Assembly: GCA_964236955.1 (NCBI GenBank)
Contig: CAXSGP010000039.1
Location: forward strand, 1 to 40,110
Length of the DNA stretch: 40,110 nt
From: an uncultured Oligoflexus sp.
GTDB lineage: Bacteria > Bdellovibrionota_B > Oligoflexia > Oligoflexales > Oligoflexaceae
Direction: 5' to 3'
A program made the position numbers and the translations under genes. Under the pieces are notes generated by a model. That model was not told where the DNA came from. It did no database searches and saw only the letters and a list, made by a program, of their open reading frames with translations. This document shows positions 21,544-35,439 of this stretch, in pieces; position 1 is the stretch's first letter, and each line of letters starts with the position of its first letter.

Positions 21544-22506
21544 ATGCGCTATTCGAATTTCATCTTAAGTCTCAGTCTTGGCTTGGCAGTTTTTGCCTGT
21601 GGTAAAAATGATAAGAACAAAATTTTAGGCAGCAATGGTGAAACCCCTCAGGATCAGGTCTATACCAACAACGTCGATGGGAATAAGCCTTTGCTCGTGG
21701 TGTATGGGGACAGTCTCTCGACTGGTGTTCTGTCTAATACAACGCTAGGTAAAGACGTTGATAATTCTCTGGCACTTCAGCTTGTCGATTACGCCAAGGA
21801 ACAGGAATTCAACGCCACAGGTTTTCAATCCAGTCTGTCAAACCCTGAACTTGCTGCTGCGACCACCGTCGATGCTTACGGTTTGCGGGCTTCTTTTGCC
21901 GCTAAGAGTGGGGTGACGGCCCCTGAGGTCGGGGTCGTAAGCTTTGCAAAATTTGGTGGCAAAGCGCGGGATTTACCGCATATGCTCGCCGCCTGGGAAA
22001 ATATGGAGAAGAGCACGGTCCCGAAAAAACCGGAGTATATTTACATCATGCTAGGGGGCAACGACTTTTGTTCCGACTTCACGGTTGACGACATTGTGAA
22101 GGATCTCAAAGAGCAATCGAAGGCGATTCACAAAGATGCACCCGACGCACAAATAGTGATCTCCCCTTCGCCACCGATTGATCAGTTGGCAGCGATAGAT
22201 TTTACCTATGGTCCGACCTTGGCTAACGTAACAGGCGAAGAGTTATCGTGTCGTAAGTTCCGCGAAAAGCTTTGCAAAAGGGTCTATGAAGATCCGGCTG
22301 CCGTCAAGGAGCGTATCACTGCAATCAATAAGGGCATTCAATCTGCTGCAGATGAATTAAAGGCCGATGGTGCGAAGGTCGTTTTTGTTTCTGAAATGCT
22401 ACAGTGGCAGATAAAACCCGAAGAGCTTGCAGTCGATTGTTTTCACCCAAGTGCCCTGGGTCAACAGACGATCGGTGGCTTTGTAAAGGCCGCACTTTCC
22501 CGATGA
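21544..22506 (+). CDS. SGNH/GDSL hydrolase lipoprotein
   Basis: Lipobox VFAC; GDSL, GGND and DCFHP motifs; AGGAGG RBS. Confidence 0.88.
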   Translation: MRYSNFILSLSLGLAVFACGKNDKNKILGSNGETPQDQVYTNNVDGNKPLLVVYGDSLSTGVLSNTTLGKDVDNSLALQLVDYAKEQEFNATGFQSSLSNPELAAATTVDAYGLRASFAAKSGVTAPEVGVVSFAKFGGKARDLPHMLAAWENMEKSTVPKKPEYIYIMLGGNDFCSDFTVDDIVKDLKEQSKAIHKDAPDAQIVISPSPPIDQLAAIDFTYGPTLANVTGEELSCRKFREKLCKRVYEDPAAVKERITAINKGIQSAADELKADGAKVVFVSEMLQWQIKPEELAVDCFHPSALGQQTIGGFVKAALSR

Positions 22507-22854
22507 TAAATCTTTGCCTGTCTGCTTAGCAGGTGAGCACCCGTTATTTTTACAATTCTTCATGAGGGGCTGTTGATGTTTGGCTTGGCCAAGGTCACAG
22601 TCCCTGAGCTTACCAGGCCCTTTATGCGGCCGCAGTAATGGTTGGTCTTAGAGGGCCCGTCATTCGACTCGGACATTTCCCCTCTGTTTTTAATACGGGA
22701 CAGAATCACCCGGTATCATCACAAGAAACTCATCGAGACCCAGGCGAAATCTCATGGCCTACCCATTTGAAAGTATTCGTATATTAGGAATGGTGAAAGT
22801 TTTTCGATGATCGACCCGATAGTTAAGTTAGGGAAACTATGCTGGAGGGGCATT

Positions 22855-23664
22855 ATGAATCGATTCATGAGTCAAGGTCTAAAAAATAACATTATTCGCA
22901 ACTTTATCGCCTTAAGTCTATCTTCCGTTTTCATCCTGTCTCTTTCTCTTACGGCGTGTAGTGATGATACTAGAGAAATGTCCATCAGTAAAAGCACGAG
23001 TAGCGGAAGCAAGCAAACCGAAGCTGATAAAATCAACGGCATAGTTGATTACTCGAGCAGTAACGCCGAGATTCAACCTTTAGCACGACGCGATTCAACC
23101 GCTAGCTTGAACCTTTGTCTCGGTCAGGACATTAATACCTTCCACTGTATAGACGACACTTCGTTTCAGCAATGCACCGGCAACGGGACCTTTGCGGTAA
23201 AATCTTGTCCCGCGAATCTTTGCGCAACCCGCACGCCGGCAATAGGAAATCCATGTATCGGCCGGGCTCGTGCCGCCCAAGTCGATGGCGTGGAACCTCC
23301 CGTCGCCGGCAAGCCTAGCGGCGTCGTTAACAACGGACAGGTCAATAATGGAGTCGTCGCTCCGCCTGTGATCGCTGCTCCGCCCGTAGTCGTCGCTCCG
23401 CCTGTGATTGCTGCTCCGCCTGTGATCGCTGCTCCGCCGGTAGTCAATAATGGAGGCAACAACGCCCAGTGCGTCGGAGGTCCTAAATTTGACCCCGCCG
23501 GTGTTAAGAACATCGGTAATGGCATCGGTCAACAGTTCATCGGCGGCCAATGTCTCAGCTCTGCCGATTGTGCCTCGGGTTGCTGTGCCAATCCCTGTGG
23601 TATCTGTTCAGGTGTTGGCGCTCAATTCCAGGCTGGAAAGCTTGGTTGCGGATTTGGGGACTGA
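22855..23664 (+). CDS. Lipoprotein with two Cys-rich domains and a Pro/Val repeat linker; C-terminal domain resembles fungal BAS2
   Basis: GGAGGGG RBS; lipobox LTAC; C-terminus NIGNGIGQQFIGGQCLSSADCASGCC...CSGVGAQFQAGKLGCGF. Confidence 0.75.
   Translation: MNRFMSQGLKNNIIRNFIALSLSSVFILSLSLTACSDDTREMSISKSTSSGSKQTEADKINGIVDYSSSNAEIQPLARRDSTASLNLCLGQDINTFHCIDDTSFQQCTGNGTFAVKSCPANLCATRTPAIGNPCIGRARAAQVDGVEPPVAGKPSGVVNNGQVNNGVVAPPVIAAPPVVVAPPVIAAPPVIAAPPVVNNGGNNAQCVGGPKFDPAGVKNIGNGIGQQFIGGQCLSSADCASGCCANPCGICSGVGAQFQAGKLGCGFGD
23353..23442 (+). repeat. Intragenic tandem repeat, 5 x 18 bp, encoding (V/I)(V/A)APPV
   Basis: Units such as ATCGCTGCTCCGCCTGTG, flanked on both sides by GTCAATAATGGA (23341-23352 and 23443-23454). 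Confidence 0.92.
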
Positions 23665-23920
23665 TCGCTAGGGCCTGGAGAAGTGACCTCAGAAAGAAAG
23701 TTCTTGGGAGCTTTAAAAAAGATCTGAGACTTCCCTCCCGAGCCTGCTTCTAAAAATGTTTTGAAAGTTAAGGCCGGGAAGAAATTCCCGGCCTTCCTGC
23801 GTTTTCGGCCTTGGAAGATGGCGATGGCTGCGGTGGACACCACGGCCCCATTGCTGGTGCCAAGCTTATTGTAAATCCCTTTAGCTTGGCATAGAGTTAT
23901 GAGGTAGCAAGCGAGGAAAT

Positions 23921-24115
23921 ATGCCTTTAACTTTCGTCGAAATGTGTCTGCTCCTAATTGTCCTGGGCCTATTAATTTGGCTTTTGCGACCGCTGCAAAG
24001 ATGGTTGGAAAGTAGGTTGGTGGTGCTTTTCGCGAGATTTGGCGTCCCATCGCGTGATCGTTTCCTCAATACAAGCCATAATGATCTTAACAACTCAAAA
24101 AAAGAAGACGAATAG
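23921..24115 (+). CDS. Small membrane protein
   Basis: GAGG RBS, one hydrophobic helix, and a stop 1 bp before the SPFH start. Confidence 0.55.
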   Translation: MPLTFVEMCLLLIVLGLLIWLLRPLQRWLESRLVVLFARFGVPSRDRFLNTSHNDLNNSKKEDE

Positions 24116-24116
24116 T

Positions 24117-25055
24117 ATGAGACCACGTCCCATTAATCTAAACACTCCTGAAGGTCTTGCGTGGATGGCGAGCCGCATCACGGTGGGAGTGGTCGCCTTT
24201 CTTATTCTCATCTCCCTCTTTAGTTCTTACACGGTGGTCGCGCCTGGCAATACGGGTGTCGTGTTTAACCTATGGACGGGCTCACTTCGAAATGTCGGAC
24301 AAGGCATGGTATGGAAGATTCCCTGGGTCACTCAGGTGCAAAGTTACCCAACCTCCCTGCGGACTTATACCATGGTGCGGAGAAGCGGCGAGGGATCCAA
24401 TGCCGGTGACGACAGCATGGATCTTCCCACGCGCGAGGGCCAGCATATCCGGCAGGATCTCTCGGTGACTTACAATACGACTGAAAATAGAGCTTCGGAC
24501 GTATTTAAGGCCTTTCGGGGCGCAAATATGGAAGAAATTGAAGACACCTTCATCCGCCGAACTATTATCACTGTGGCCCAAAACGTTGCCGGTCAGATGT
24601 CGCTGACCGAGATCATCTCATCGCGACGTGCCGACTTACAAAATGGTATTCAGGAAGCTCTCAGCGGCGAGCTGGAGAAAATGGGCTTTAAACTCGACAA
24701 GATCAACATGGGCGCCAGTCATCTGCCACAGGCTATAGAGTCCCAGATGCAGCAAAAGATGGCAGCCCAGCAGCAGGCTCAGCAGGCGGAATATGAACTG
24801 CAAAAACAGGAGACTCTGGCCAAGGCAAACGTCGCGAGAGCGGAGGGTGAGGCGCAGGCCGTTATCATCAGGGCCAAGGCGGAAGCGGAAGGAAACCGTT
24901 TGCTTCAGCTGACCTTAAATGCGAATCTCATTCAAAGCAAAGCCATCGATAAGTGGAATGGTGTGCTGCCGCAGATCACCAGCGCCGCGACACCCTTTAT
25001 CAATATGAGTCTCCGGCGCAATGAGGATCCGAAAGCTGCTAAGGATGTCCAGTAG
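24117..25055 (+). CDS. SPFH/prohibitin (Band 7) family membrane protein
   Basis: N-terminal TM, VAPGNTGV, Q/A-rich coiled coil with AEGEA, and IDKWNGVLP. Start placed at ATG 24117. Confidence 0.88.
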   Translation: MRPRPINLNTPEGLAWMASRITVGVVAFLILISLFSSYTVVAPGNTGVVFNLWTGSLRNVGQGMVWKIPWVTQVQSYPTSLRTYTMVRRSGEGSNAGDDSMDLPTREGQHIRQDLSVTYNTTENRASDVFKAFRGANMEEIEDTFIRRTIITVAQNVAGQMSLTEIISSRRADLQNGIQEALSGELEKMGFKLDKINMGASHLPQAIESQMQQKMAAQQQAQQAEYELQKQETLAKANVARAEGEAQAVIIRAKAEAEGNRLLQLTLNANLIQSKAIDKWNGVLPQITSAATPFINMSLRRNEDPKAAKDVQ

Positions 25056-25100
25056 GTCTGAAAACCTGGAAGAACCTAGAGTCCAGGCTTAAGGGAATTA

Positions 25101-25706
25101 TCACTTCTTATCTGCTGCTGCCTGAACAGACGGCGTTAACGAACTATCCTTTTTGCCTGTCTCGTCGGCTAAAAGTGCAGGATTTTGCAGAACGGCGTTT
25201 GCAAAGGGATCGTGATTACTGTCATCTTTTGGCATTTGGGCCGGCAAATGCCCCTCGTGATAGCTGGCTTCGTTTTGTCTCAACTCATCAGGGGGCATTG
25301 CGCTGTTTGAGGAGCCGCTACTCTTACTTGAAGCTGCCTCAGCCGCCGCAGTGCTGGTCGATGATCCCTCGGCCGCCACTGCCGATAGCAGCCGACCATC
25401 CGCAGTATGTAAGCCGTCGTCTGAAATCAAGGGTTTACTATGATCCGTATGCTTTGCATCGATTATATCGGCAAGACTCGCCGCCTTTATCTGTTTTTGG
25501 AGTTCTCTTATTCGGTCCAGCTCCAGCTCACGCTCGGCTTCGTGAATCGCTTGATCGAAACCGCTTTTAACATCATTCGCGTGGCGTTTGGCCTGGACGT
25601 AGAAGCGTCCAAACTTTTTTAGCAGCTCCGGGAGTTTTTCCGGTCCGACGAAAACGACTGCCACAACGGCAATGACTAAAAACTCCATAGGACCGATTCC
25701 GAACAT
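25101..25706 (-). CDS. tatB: Twin-arginine translocase subunit TatB
   Basis: MFGIGPMEFLVIAVVAVVFVGPEKLP followed by a long disordered tail. Confidence 0.85.
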   Translation of the reverse strand: MFGIGPMEFLVIAVVAVVFVGPEKLPELLKKFGRFYVQAKRHANDVKSGFDQAIHEAERELELDRIRELQKQIKAASLADIIDAKHTDHSKPLISDDGLHTADGRLLSAVAAEGSSTSTAAAEAASSKSSGSSNSAMPPDELRQNEASYHEGHLPAQMPKDDSNHDPFANAVLQNPALLADETGKKDSSLTPSVQAAADKK

Positions 25707-25816
25707 ACAGGCACCCTTTCAATAAGATCGAGCTTTCCAAACGGCTTTTATTCTATCTGCGATGAGTCCAATTGTACACAGCTCACATCGGCCGTCATTT
25801 AAGGCTTAACAGCTCC

Positions 25817-26857
25817 TTAATGGCTTTTAAAAACCTGCAGCAATGCCTTTTGCGGATCGGCAAATTTCTTGATGCCGTCGCTCATCAGGAATTCTTCAAG
25901 TTTCGCAAAATCCACATCTTTGTCAATGGCCGTGAGAATCGCTTCCGAGGGCAGGCTTGCAATCGAGGAGGTGAAGGTCTGGCCACTTTGCTCAACAGCT
26001 TCATTCGTCTCTGGAGGATTGGTCTCAATGTCACTGCCGGCAAAGGCCCCTACATATTTCCATTTTGGATCATTGGGCTTTTTCGTGCCCGTACTGGCGA
26101 AAATCATCTCCTGTTCAAGGGGAAGCTTTTTCTGTGCCCAGAAGTCTTTGTTTAATTTCCAAATGCGCTTCGCATTAACGATGCCAACCCAACCCTGAGC
26201 GTCTGGGCTTAGATTTTTGACGTGCTCGTCGGTGTACACGTCCAGACGGGACACAAAGATACTGTAGACGCTTTTGAAACGCTTAAGATCCGGGTGACGA
26301 TCCAGTCCCTTAACCACGGCATCACGAGCCGCGAGGTACTGACGGGTCGAAAAAATAAGGGTAACATTAAGATTGATGCCGGCCGCGACAAGTTCACTAA
26401 GGGATTCTATTCCTGCCGGAGTCGCCGGTACTTTGATCATGCGGTTGGGATGATTCTTAGCCCATTTTTTTCCCAGCTCGATGTATTTTTTTACGCGTTC
26501 TGCGTGAGGCATATTGAGCGTAGGATCTTCAATCAGAGGGTCAACCTCAAAGCTTACATAACCATCATTGCCTAAAGTGGCTTCAAAAACCGGCAGAAAA
26601 ACCTTTTCTACCGCGCTAACCAGACGATCAGTCAGGGTCCAGGCCAGATCTTCACCGCTATGACCAGCAGCTTTCAGTTCGGCGATATCCTTATCGAACT
26701 TTCCTGACTTCACAAGATTCGCGACGATAATCGGGTTCGAGGTGGCTCCCGTGGCACCCTGGCTTTTGCTCAGGGCTACCAGCTGCGGGTCGATCGAGTC
26801 GAGCCAAAGTTTAGTTCCGGATTTTACTAATGATTGAAGGGGGGAGGTTGCGCTCAT
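25817..26857 (-). CDS. tal: Transaldolase
   Basis: [33 protein letters not shown] and ASTGTK. Confidence 0.93.
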   Translation of the reverse strand: MSATSPLQSLVKSGTKLWLDSIDPQLVALSKSQGATGATSNPIIVANLVKSGKFDKDIAELKAAGHSGEDLAWTLTDRLVSAVEKVFLPVFEATLGNDGYVSFEVDPLIEDPTLNMPHAERVKKYIELGKKWAKNHPNRMIKVPATPAGIESLSELVAAGINLNVTLIFSTRQYLAARDAVVKGLDRHPDLKRFKSVYSIFVSRLDVYTDEHVKNLSPDAQGWVGIVNAKRIWKLNKDFWAQKKLPLEQEMIFASTGTKKPNDPKWKYVGAFAGSDIETNPPETNEAVEQSGQTFTSSIASLPSEAILTAIDKDVDFAKLEEFLMSDGIKKFADPQKALLQVFKSH

Positions 26858-26931
26858 GAATCAAGTCCTTTCGAGTCGTAGCTTGTCGGCGGATGCTAGC
26901 AGAGCTTGCAAAGAAGAAAAAGATGCATTCT

Positions 26932-28386
26932 TTAGTCAAACATTGCCAACCATTCATTCATACGTTGTTCAGGATGCTTGGACTGAATCAGATCCGAAAT
27001 TACGGCGATGCCATCGGCACCCTGAGCAAGAACCGCTTCGGCATGCTCCAAAGTCAATCCGCCTATCGCAACGATGGGGAAAGCAGGAAGGCGACGAACC
27101 CATTCACCCACCCGGGAAATACCCTGCGGACCAAATCGCATCGATTTGCTGGTCGTTTCAAAAACCGGTCCTAAGGCTATATAGGAAGGCCGGAGGCGCT
27201 TAGCCCGAGCCGCCTCTTCCAAAGAATGAGTGCTTAAACCAAGCCTTAGGCCGGAGGCACGGATCGACTCGAGATCCTCGGCGCTTAAACAATCCAAATC
27301 CTCCTGTCCCAAATGAACGCCAAAGATTTTATGCTCAAGAGCCAACCGCCAGGCATCATTGACAAACAAAGCAATATCGTTTGCTTCGCAGATTTTTTTG
27401 GCTTCCGCGATCGCTGCACCCAGCTCAGCTTCAGACTTGTCTTTTAGCCGCAATTGAACCGTTTTAACACCGGTCCTGGCGAGGCGGGCAATCCATTCCA
27501 CTGAGGGAAGCACCGGATAAAAACCAAGCGATCGGCAGAGGGGTGCAAAGGCCGGACCGGCATCCGGAGCGACATTTCCATAAAATAATTCCGACAAAGG
27601 AGCGAGTTCAAACTCCGAGGCCAGATGGGAAAGTTCAGCCTCTGCAGCCCTGGCTATCGCCGCCTGGACATAAGAATGAGCGGCCACCACCGCATCGCGG
27701 AGCCCGAGGCCCTGAGCATGATAACAGGCGATCGCCGTACTTAAGGTGCAGCCAGTCCCTCGAAAATTTCCTGGCTTACGCAGAGCGGATAGATCAAAGG
27801 GTTTGCCGCCATCATCGAAATAATCGTAGAGCGTTTCGCCTTCGCTATGCCCACCTTTGATCAAAACGGCTTTTACCCCTTGGGAACGGATAAGCACCGC
27901 AGCACGTTTGACATCATCCAGGGTCTTGACACTGAACCCAACGATGGCCTCAGCTTCGGGACGATTCGGGGTGAGCAGGTCCACGGCTGGAAAAAGATAT
28001 TCCCGCAGACCAAGCAAAATATCATTGCCGAGAAATGATGTACCTGAACTTGTTTTAAAGACCGGATCCACAATAAGCGGAACCTCAGGCCGGATGGTAT
28101 CGGCCAACCAATTGATCGTTGAGGTATTCAAAAGCAAGCCGACTTTATAAGCCGCCGCATGCTCCATCGCCGCCAAAGCTTCCCATTGTTTATCGAGCCA
28201 GGGAATCGAGCTTGGTTCCGCAGCGAAGACTCGATTGTCGTTTTGGGCTGTGAAACTGGTGATAATCGTGCGGAGATCCTGGTTCAGGGCCGCAGCGACC
28301 CGCATATCAGCCTGAATACCCGCACCTCCAAATGGATCATGGCCGGCCAGAGACCAAACAGCAGGCGATGCGTGAGGTCTATTCAT
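26932..28386 (-). CDS. thiDE: Fused HMP/HMP-P kinase (ThiD) and thiamine-phosphate synthase (ThiE)
   Basis: N-terminal [20 protein letters not shown] and GTGCT; C-terminal [21 protein letters not shown] and VAIGG. Confidence 0.92.
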   Translation of the reverse strand: MNRPHASPAVWSLAGHDPFGGAGIQADMRVAAALNQDLRTIITSFTAQNDNRVFAAEPSSIPWLDKQWEALAAMEHAAAYKVGLLLNTSTINWLADTIRPEVPLIVDPVFKTSSGTSFLGNDILLGLREYLFPAVDLLTPNRPEAEAIVGFSVKTLDDVKRAAVLIRSQGVKAVLIKGGHSEGETLYDYFDDGGKPFDLSALRKPGNFRGTGCTLSTAIACYHAQGLGLRDAVVAAHSYVQAAIARAAEAELSHLASEFELAPLSELFYGNVAPDAGPAFAPLCRSLGFYPVLPSVEWIARLARTGVKTVQLRLKDKSEAELGAAIAEAKKICEANDIALFVNDAWRLALEHKIFGVHLGQEDLDCLSAEDLESIRASGLRLGLSTHSLEEAARAKRLRPSYIALGPVFETTSKSMRFGPQGISRVGEWVRRLPAFPIVAIGGLTLEHAEAVLAQGADGIAVISDLIQSKHPEQRMNEWLAMFD

Positions 28387-29171
28387 AGGTTTTGCTCATG
28401 ATGCCAAAAAGGAAGGCCTACAGTGGGCGACGACGCCTGCGCCCGAGTCGATGCTTTCATAATACCACTTTCATAAGCCATGCGGCCCGCACTGACAGCA
28501 TGACTGAAGGCCTTAGCCATAGTCACCGGATGCTGAGCCTGGGCCACCGCTGTATTGAGAAGCACGGCATCAAAGCCTAACTCCATGGCATGGGCGGCAT
28601 GCGAGGGGGCACCGATGCCGGCATCGACGATGAGCGTAAGGTCTGGAAGCCGTCGTCGCATCGTCTGAAGCGCATCGATATTACGAAGTCCCTGGCCACT
28701 GCCTATAGGCGCCCCCCAAGGCATGATGATACGGCATCCCGCATCCCGCAATTTTTCAGCCACGATCAAGTCATCGGTTGTGTAGGGGAAGACTTCAAAG
28801 CCCTCGGCGCACAGAATGCGAGCCGCTTCCACTGTCGCAAAGGGGTCGGGCTGTAGGGTGTCGTCGTTACCGATCACTTCGAGCTTTATCCAATTCGTTT
28901 CAAAGAGTTCTCTTGCCATGCGCGCGGTAACCAGGGCTTCCTTCACGGAGTGACAGCCGGCTGTGTTAGGCAGAATATGAGCGCCGCTCTCCCGCAGATA
29001 ATCCCAGAATCGCCCTGAATTGTTGTCCTGGGCTGACTCGCGGCGCAGCGAAACGGTGATGACCTGACTTCCCGATGCCCTGATGGAATCCTGCAGAATA
29101 CTGGGGCTGGGATAACGGGCCGTGCCGAGGAGCAGACGGCTCCCGATGAGTCTATCGGCAAGTGTCCACAT
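28383..29171 (-). CDS. thiG: Thiazole synthase
   Basis: SRLLLGT, LPNTAGC, WIKLEV, PIGSGQG and VDAGIG. Confidence 0.97.
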   Translation of the reverse strand: MWTLADRLIGSRLLLGTARYPSPSILQDSIRASGSQVITVSLRRESAQDNNSGRFWDYLRESGAHILPNTAGCHSVKEALVTARMARELFETNWIKLEVIGNDDTLQPDPFATVEAARILCAEGFEVFPYTTDDLIVAEKLRDAGCRIIMPWGAPIGSGQGLRNIDALQTMRRRLPDLTLIVDAGIGAPSHAAHAMELGFDAVLLNTAVAQAQHPVTMAKAFSHAVSAGRMAYESGIMKASTRAQASSPTVGLPFWHHEQNL

Positions 29172-29174
29172 ACT

Positions 29175-29375
29175 TTATCCTCCGGCCATAGGGGCAAGTA
29201 TTTCGATTTGATCTTCGGCCTGTATCCATTGAACGCCATAATTTCGGCGTAAAACACACTCTTGATTGACCGCAACGGCCACAAAATGATCGAGGTAGCC
29301 AAGGCGGTGAAGAAGTTCCTGGACGCTGAGAGGCTTTTCAACAGCTGTCGATTTTCCGTTGATTACGATATTCAT
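29175..29375 (-). CDS. thiS: Sulfur carrier protein
   Basis: 66 aa, VAVAVN, C-terminal GG. Confidence 0.95.
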   Translation of the reverse strand: MNIVINGKSTAVEKPLSVQELLHRLGYLDHFVAVAVNQECVLRRNYGVQWIQAEDQIEILAPMAGG

Positions 29376-29378
29376 GCT

Positions 29379-32203
<2,825 letters not shown>

Positions 32204-32367
32204 TTACCGTCACTCAGTCAGCGTTGAGGTCTCATCAGCGTCGCGCGCGAGTCTAACCCGGAAGGTCCTAGGTCAGTGCAGGCAAGCAAGAGAGCCTTAA
32301 AGCTAAGGAGTGCAGCACGGAACAGGTAAATTAAGACACAAAGGAGCAGCCGCAAGCAGAAAATCAC

Positions 32368-32469
32368 TTCGCACTTCCTACGCTGGTATGAACCAGTTCA
32401 GGTACTAGAGTTGGATGACTGAGCTCCTGGGCAGATTCATCCTCTCAGCCTTGCGGCACCCCTGGCGAA
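32368..32469 (-). promoter_or_regulatory. TPP riboswitch
   Basis: GGGGUGCC-GCAA-GGCUGAGA...ACCUGAACUGGUUCAUACCAGCGUAGGAAG upstream of thiC. Confidence 0.96.
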
Positions 32470-32696
32470 ACTGGGAGAGTCTTAGCACATTTTGGATAAG
32501 AATGAAATCCTTGAATCCTGGGAATACTGAGGCGAAACTGCCGACGAGAGAGACTGGGTATTCTCTTGCTTCAGGAATGGCGGATGCCGATCCAGATTCT
32601 TTAAAAGTTGTTGTTCCGGAATAAAAAGACCCAAAGTCGGTCGAGCGCGAAGCCAGGCCTGATTTGAGTCTTTCTTTTCATGCGGCCAAGACCGTA

Positions 32697-33371
32697 TTAG
32701 AGGGCAAAATCCGCAGCCAGAGTGATGGTTTGCTCGCCCACCAGGAGGAGATCGGCGCGCAGCCCAAAATTCGGACTCGCATTAAAGGCTGCACCGAGGC
32801 GAATATTCAATCGATCATCACGTTTAGCATCGCCGGAAAAGTTGCCTTGTTTAAATTCACCATTGGAAAAGGCAACCACCTCCAGGCCACCGTAGAGCGA
32901 GAAATCACGCACATCGCGCATGATCAAAGCGCCAATTTTCAATTCGGTCATCGTGAAATCGATATCGATGTTGGACTCGCTGAAACTAAAGCGATCATGG
33001 CTCAAAGTTCCGGTGAGGAGGACCTTGTTGAGATTGAAACGATGAACTTCATACTGCAGATCGCCAAAGAGACGAAAACCGTCCCCGCCACCAACCTGAT
33101 TGTTATTGCCTATATCGCCATCGATCATGAGGCCGATGCCGCCGCCGATAGAGAATCTTGGGTTGATGGCAGCTTTATAACCACCAAATAAGAACTGGCC
33201 ATCGACATCGATCGAGTTATTGTAATTGAAATAGTTGTCTATTCTATAATTGGTATCCTGGAGTATAAGGCCACCCGTGAAACGATTTGCGCTAACGATC
33301 GATGTTTGGGCCCGGGCAGCCGTGAACGGAAGCAAGGCGAGGGTCGCGAGAGCTAGGTTTCTGAGGTACAT
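32697..33371 (-). CDS. Putative outer-membrane beta-barrel protein
   Basis: Signal peptide ending ARA; alternating amphipathic strands; AGGAG RBS before ATG 33371. Confidence 0.7.
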   Translation of the reverse strand: MYLRNLALATLALLPFTAARAQTSIVSANRFTGGLILQDTNYRIDNYFNYNNSIDVDGQFLFGGYKAAINPRFSIGGGIGLMIDGDIGNNNQVGGGDGFRLFGDLQYEVHRFNLNKVLLTGTLSHDRFSFSESNIDIDFTMTELKIGALIMRDVRDFSLYGGLEVVAFSNGEFKQGNFSGDAKRDDRLNIRLGAAFNASPNFGLRADLLLVGEQTITLAADFAL

Positions 33372-33471
33372 GAGAAACTCCTGATGGCTATATCCAGAAA
33401 GACGAATACAATTTCTATCATTTTTTACCGGTGACGCTATCAAAAAAGTCAGCCAAGGGTTGAATCGTCGC

Positions 33472-35439
33472 TTAGGATTCCGCCTTCTCGCTTCGCAAGC
33501 GGTCCATGACAGTCAGGTCTTCTAAGGTCGACAGGTCACCCCGGGAGATACGGTCAGCCGCTATATCCCGAAGCAATCGACGCATGATTTTACCGGATCG
33601 GGTCTTCGGGAGGCTCTCGGTAAATCGAAGGTCATCGGGACGTGCCAAAGCCCCAATCTGCTTCGATACGAACTGAATCAGCTCGACCTTGAGGGCATCG
33701 CTGGGCGTCACCCTTGCTCCCAATGTGACAAAGGCCACGATGCCTTCCCCTTTGATTTCATCCGGCCTTCCCACCACGGCTGCCTCGGCCACTGATTCAT
33801 GGCTTACCAACGCGCTTTCGATCTCCATCGTCGACAGGCGGTGTCCCGACACATTCAAAACATCATCAATTCGGCCCATGATCCAGAAATCGCCATTGGC
33901 ATCCTTTCTTGCACCATCGCCGGTGAAATACATTCCCGGGATCTGCGACCAATACTGCTGGTGAAAGCGGGCATCATCGCCGTAAATTGTTCTCGCCATA
34001 CTGGGCCAGGGCCGTTTCACCACGAGAAATCCCCCTTGATCCGCCCCCACATCGTGACCCAGCTCATCAACGACTGCCGCCTCGATTCCAAAGAACGGTA
34101 CGGTCGCGGTTCCCGGTGACGTCGCTATAGCCCCAGGCAATGGCGCGATCATGATAGCCCCCGTCTCCGTTTGCCACCAGGTATCGACAATGGGGCAACG
34201 CTCCTTGCCTATCACCTTGTGATACCACATCCAGGCTTCCGGATTGATCGGTTCACCCACGGTTCCCAGCAACCGTAGCGAAGTCAGATTAAAGGGACTA
34301 ACAAATTCATCGCCCCAACGGATGCACGAACGTATCGCCGTGGGTGCCGTATAAAAAATGGAAACCTTATAACGATCGATGATCTGCCAAAAACGGGAGG
34401 CGTCTGGGTAATTGGGAGCACCTTCATACAGGATGACCGTTGCACCGTTGATAAGGGGACCATAAATCACATAGGAATGCCCCGTTATCCAGCCCACATC
34501 GGCAGTGCACCAGTAGATGTCGTCCTCCCTGTGGTCAAAGATATAGGAAAATGTGAGCGCGACTCCAAGCAGATAACCACCTGTTGTATGCAGAATGCCC
34601 TTCGGTTTGCCCGTGCTGCCGGAGGTATAGAGAAGAAATAACGGGTGTTCGGAATCGACGATTGTGGGTGGGCAGGTTTTGGATTGTTTATTGAGAGTTT
34701 CATCCCAGTCGTGATCACGCCCGGCGACTTGCGAGCTCATAGTGCCCAGGTTTTTCTTGATCAGTACCTTTTTAAGGCATGGGGCAAGAGCGATGGCCTC
34801 TTCGACATTTTTTCGAAGGTCAAGCATGGCCCCTTTGCGATAGCTGCCATCGGCAGTAATGAGAAGGGTGGAATCGGAGTCATTGATGCGACCTCCCAGA
34901 GCTTCGGAACTGAAACCTCCAAAGACCACATTGTGAACCGCCCCAAGCCGCGCACAGCTCAAAACCGCTATGATCAGTTCGGGGATCATAGGCATATAAA
35001 TAGTGACCCGGTCGCCGGTCTTGGTGCCCAAGTCCTTGAGGGCGTTAGCGCAGCGACAGACTGCGTCGAGGAGCTGCTGATAGGTGAATTGCTGTTGCTC
35101 GCCCCGTTCCCCTTCCCATATCAATGCCATTTTATCGCCTCGGCCCTCGTCGATATGCTTATCCAAACATTGAACGCTGGCGTTGAGACGACCATCGGCA
35201 AACCATTTTGCATGCGGCAACTGCCAATCGAGGACCTGGGTAAAATCCTGCTCCCATTTTAAAAAGCGACGGGCTTGCTCGGCCCAGAACTTATCCGGGT
35301 TGGAAAGCGCTGCACGACTCAGAGCCTCATACTCTTCCCGCGAATTGACCTTGGCCGCTTCCTGGAAGGCAGGGGGAGGCGGAAATCGACGGTCTTCGTG
35401 CAGCATGCTGCTAATATTTTCTTGAGTCTTTTTTGACAT
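33472..35439 (-). CDS. acs: Acetyl-CoA synthetase
   Basis: YTSGSTGKPKG, DTWWQTETG and PKTRSGKIMRR. Confidence 0.97.
   Translation of the reverse strand: MSKKTQENISSMLHEDRRFPPPPAFQEAAKVNSREEYEALSRAALSNPDKFWAEQARRFLKWEQDFTQVLDWQLPHAKWFADGRLNASVQCLDKHIDEGRGDKMALIWEGERGEQQQFTYQQLLDAVCRCANALKDLGTKTGDRVTIYMPMIPELIIAVLSCARLGAVHNVVFGGFSSEALGGRINDSDSTLLITADGSYRKGAMLDLRKNVEEAIALAPCLKKVLIKKNLGTMSSQVAGRDHDWDETLNKQSKTCPPTIVDSEHPLFLLYTSGSTGKPKGILHTTGGYLLGVALTFSYIFDHREDDIYWCTADVGWITGHSYVIYGPLINGATVILYEGAPNYPDASRFWQIIDRYKVSIFYTAPTAIRSCIRWGDEFVSPFNLTSLRLLGTVGEPINPEAWMWYHKVIGKERCPIVDTWWQTETGAIMIAPLPGAIATSPGTATVPFFGIEAAVVDELGHDVGADQGGFLVVKRPWPSMARTIYGDDARFHQQYWSQIPGMYFTGDGARKDANGDFWIMGRIDDVLNVSGHRLSTMEIESALVSHESVAEAAVVGRPDEIKGEGIVAFVTLGARVTPSDALKVELIQFVSKQIGALARPDDLRFTESLPKTRSGKIMRRLLRDIAADRISRGDLSTLEDLTVMDRLRSEKAES

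Noticed and set aside
23353..23442. CRISPR array
   Set aside because: Contiguous in-frame coding repeats with no spacers and no cas genes.
32215..32245. Hammerhead-like CUGAUGAG on the minus strand of the thiC leader
   Set aside because: No GAAA follows a stem II.
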